A program made the position numbers and the translations under genes. The notes under the pieces were generated by a model that had not been told where the DNA came from, did no database searches, and saw only the letters and a list, made by a program, of their open reading frames with translations. This document shows positions 61,174-64,000 of a stretch of DNA of 64,000 nt, one piece after another (positions within the stretch are counted from its first letter, which is position 1; the number at the start of each line of letters is the position of its first letter). The DNA lies in IMG/VR virus record IMGVR_UViG_3300010403_000705, positions 248,001-312,000 of that record. One strand, written 5' to 3'.

Positions 61174-62739
61174 GTGACACTCAAGAGAAATGTATCGAAT
61201 GTTCGGGAGAGAGACGCTCTTACTGGAAGATTCAAAAAGAAGTTGGCTGCTCAAGCTCTCGCCGTTGCAAACTCAACCGCTATAGTTGAGACCCAACAAT
61301 TAGCGGCATCAGTGACAAGTAAGCCGCAACCAAAAAATCTTAACTCACAACAACTGTTCAGATTTTTTCATAGAAGTAAAGTTCGTAATCCTATTTACGT
61401 TCGTGTTCTAGAACGTAGTTTATGTGATGTAAGAGATGCTTATGGATCTATTATTCAGCCGATCCATACTCTTTCACATACCGATTTGATGATTAATAAT
61501 ATGCAGAATTATGATTATCGAGTCTATGTCAATTTTTCACCTCTTCAAGGAAATTCTGATAGCAGATATTTTGACAACTCACATCAATTTATCCTTTTTG
61601 CAGAAGGTGATGAAGGGTATGACGAAATATACAAGGCATTCGAATCAGTGCGATTAGCAAATATTTATCGTAATCTGCATCACGATTTTACTATTGGCTG
61701 TGATCCAGAAGTTTTTGTTGAGAAGAAAGAGGGCGGTCTGATTCCCGCTTTTATGTTTCTTCCCAGCAAAGAGCGCCCTACTCTCACTGCTAATAATCGT
61801 GACGGCGGTCGCCTTGGTAATTTCAATGGTTTCGGTGGATGCACTATGTATTGGGATGGTTATCAAGCCGAGTTCACTACTAAGGCGCAGACATGCTTAG
61901 GTCATCATTGTGATTCTATTGCGGCAGGACTTACTGGAGTTTATCGTGCAGCCAATGAAAAATTCCCTGGTGCAAAACTAAGTATGCGATCAGTGTTTCA
62001 TATTGATCCAGAGGCTTTGATGTCAGATGAGGATGAGCATGTTGCTTTTGGCTGCATGCCATCTTTCAATGTGTATGGGTTGAAAGTAAATATGCCTCCT
62101 GCACGTGAGGTGCCTTTTAGGTCTGCCGGCGGTCATATTCACTTCGGTACTAACCGACTGACGCATGCTCAAGCTGAACCAATGGTAAAAGCATTAGATG
62201 CTATTCTGGGAGTAGCGTGCGTGTCTTTGTTCGCAGAGTTTGATGATCCTAATCGTCGAAAGCTGTATGGTCTTCCTGGAGAGTATCGATTGCCTCCGCA
62301 TGGATTAGAGTATCGACCTCTGAGTAACGCTTGGTTGTCGCATCCTATGATTACTAATTTGGTAATCGACCTAGCTCGTAAGTGTGTAGTCTTTGGTCGT
62401 AAGAATCTATTGTCTTCGTTTTGGAAGACAACAGAAGAGGAAACGATTGATACTATCATTCGATGCGATGTGGAAACATCGCATAAAATCTTAGAGCGTA
62501 ACCGAGAAGTTCTCAAACAGCTTCTCAAAGCTTCCTATCAACGTGCTGGTGATAGTGATCTTGAGACATTATTTAATGTCTTCAAGAATGGTATCGGCTC
62601 AGCTATCAAAAATCCTCGTGATTTCGAGACTAATTGGAAGTTCAAAACTGGGTGGATTGCACATTATGGCGGCGCGGGTGAGCCCAATGTTGCGACGTTT
62701 ATGAGTAATCGTCGTCACAATCCCAAGTATCTTATGTGA
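61174..62739 (+). CDS. phiEco32-like COOH-NH2 ligase type 2
   Basis: TIGCDPEVF, DGYQAEF, FGCMP.FN.Y, RSAGGHIHFG, RRKLYG.PGEYR...HGLEYRPLSN.W. Confidence 0.85.
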   Translation: MTLKRNVSNVRERDALTGRFKKKLAAQALAVANSTAIVETQQLAASVTSKPQPKNLNSQQLFRFFHRSKVRNPIYVRVLERSLCDVRDAYGSIIQPIHTLSHTDLMINNMQNYDYRVYVNFSPLQGNSDSRYFDNSHQFILFAEGDEGYDEIYKAFESVRLANIYRNLHHDFTIGCDPEVFVEKKEGGLIPAFMFLPSKERPTLTANNRDGGRLGNFNGFGGCTMYWDGYQAEFTTKAQTCLGHHCDSIAAGLTGVYRAANEKFPGAKLSMRSVFHIDPEALMSDEDEHVAFGCMPSFNVYGLKVNMPPAREVPFRSAGGHIHFGTNRLTHAQAEPMVKALDAILGVACVSLFAEFDDPNRRKLYGLPGEYRLPPHGLEYRPLSNAWLSHPMITNLVIDLARKCVVFGRKNLLSSFWKTTEEETIDTIIRCDVETSHKILERNREVLKQLLKASYQRAGDSDLETLFNVFKNGIGSAIKNPRDFETNWKFKTGWIAHYGGAGEPNVATFMSNRRHNPKYLM

Positions 62740-62759
62740 TCATTTGTATATATTTTGTT

Positions 62760-62793
62760 TATGGGGAAGATTGGTTAACCAATCTTCCCCATA
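62760..62793. terminator. perfect 34-bp palindrome between the two ligase genes
   Basis: TATGGGGAAGATTGGTT|AACCAATCTTCCCCATA. Confidence 0.65.
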
Positions 62794-62888
62794 ATATTTT
62801 GTAATATAGCAATGCTTAGCTTACCCATCCTCACTGTATAAGCATCATGTAAGTACATAATGTAAGCCTTTGGTTAAAAGGATTCAAA

Positions 62889-64000
62889 ATGAAGATTAAA
62901 ATTTCTGATTTGATTAGCACGGGACATTCTGCTGTTGTTCAACATAAGAGTGGATATATTGGTCCGACTTATTATTTGAAGCGAAATAGTAATGAACTTT
63001 CTCGCGATTTGTATGCTGATGGATATTTTTTACCGGATGAAAAGTTTATTATCGTCAATGCTTATAGGCAAGGCGAAGTAACGCATATGTCAGTGGCTAA
63101 TTCATATGATTTTAAAGTACGTGGATATTATGTACCTTATGATCAGGAATTTGATCTGTTAGAGAATGATGATCTTAGTTTTGCTTGGGACGAGGTTAGA
63201 AAATCTAATGTGTCAAGATATCTTCATCATGGATTTACTATTGGTTCTGATCCAGAGATTTTTGTTGAGGATCGAAATGGAAATATGATTCCTGCTTTCC
63301 TATTCCTTGGTTCTAAGGAAGAACCCAATCATACTGCGATAGGTGATCATTATGGTTCCGATGGTGGTCATCCTATGTACTGGGATGGTTTTCAAGCAGA
63401 GTTTACCACTCGTGCCGGACATTGCTTGGAGTATCATACAGACTCAGTAGCTGCTGGTATTAAAGGCGTCTATGATGCAGCTAGGAAAAAATTTCCAGAT
63501 GCACGTCTTAGCTGTCGTAATGTTTTTGATATCTCTAATGATATGCTACAAACTGCTAAAGAAGAGCATGTAGCTTTCGGATGTATGCCGAGCTTTAATG
63601 CTTATGGATTGCAGGTGAATATGCCTCCTGCTCGTGAGGTGTCTTTCAGATCTGCTGGCGGTCATATTCATTTTGGTCTAGGTAAAATTACCAATGACTC
63701 TGCTGTCAGTATTGTTAAAGCATTAGATATGATTGTCGGTGTATCCTGTGTTAGTCTTTTCGATAAATTTGATAATCGAAAAAGAAGAATGATGTATGGT
63801 CTTCCTGGAGAGTATCGATTGCCTCCGCATGGATTAGAGTATCGTACACTTTCCAATGCCTGGCTTATTCATCCTTTCATTATGAATCTGGTGATCGATA
63901 TTGCTAGAAAAGCTGTGGTATTGAGCCAACGTGGTTGGCTAGATCTGTGGGTAAGTGACGAAGAAGAAACGATTGATACTATTATGAGATGCGATGTTGA
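62889..64000 (+). CDS. second phiEco32-like COOH-NH2 ligase type 2 (runs off window)
   Basis: AAGGA RBS, ATG at 62889; TIGSDPEIF, WDGFQAEF, RSAGGHIHFG, YGLPGEYRLPPHGLEYR; absent from ORF track because there is no stop in the window. Confidence 0.85.
   Translation, partial: MKIKISDLISTGHSAVVQHKSGYIGPTYYLKRNSNELSRDLYADGYFLPDEKFIIVNAYRQGEVTHMSVANSYDFKVRGYYVPYDQEFDLLENDDLSFAWDEVRKSNVSRYLHHGFTIGSDPEIFVEDRNGNMIPAFLFLGSKEEPNHTAIGDHYGSDGGHPMYWDGFQAEFTTRAGHCLEYHTDSVAAGIKGVYDAARKKFPDARLSCRNVFDISNDMLQTAKEEHVAFGCMPSFNAYGLQVNMPPAREVSFRSAGGHIHFGLGKITNDSAVSIVKALDMIVGVSCVSLFDKFDNRKRRMMYGLPGEYRLPPHGLEYRTLSNAWLIHPFIMNLVIDIARKAVVLSQRGWLDLWVSDEEETIDTIMRCDV

Larger units (their letters stand above)
101..62829 (+). 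repeat. dispersed, strand-polarised hexamer CCCATC (about 180 copies)
   Basis: Hand count: about 150 copies in 1-31.1 kb and about 33 thereafter; only a few GATGGG seen on +. Confidence 0.9.

Noticed and set aside
1-64000. Stop-codon reassignment
   Set aside because: Recognisable enzymes are intact in code 11 and all three stop codons terminate genes; no suppressor tRNA seen

Overview
This looks like a 64-kb segment of a large (jumbo-type) bacteriophage genome, probably an early/accessory region. Essentially all credible genes lie on the + strand: well over 100 short orphan ORFs and no recognisable virion or replication genes. Recognisable enzymes are an HrpA/B-type DEAH helicase, a UvrD/Rep helicase, three P-loop (PNK-like) kinases, two RNA ligases, an NMNAT/NadD-PRTase fusion, NadE, a 2OG-Fe(II) oxygenase, an HNH nuclease, a deaminase and two phiEco32-like COOH-NH2 ligases. 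There are three canonical tRNAs and several aberrant tRNA-like genes. Three non-coding features stand out. (1) The hexamer CCCATC occurs about 180 times on the + strand by hand count (about 150 in the first 31 kb, roughly one per 200 bp, inside and between genes), while its reverse complement is nearly absent. (2) Fourteen copies of a 35-bp element consist of two face-to-face sigma54 (-24/-12)-like motifs, placed at 12 loci in the order terminator, element, CCCATC, gene. (3) Several ORF-free structured regions carry tRNA-like modules, including a circularly permuted tRNA. All counts and structures were read by eye and need computational confirmation.
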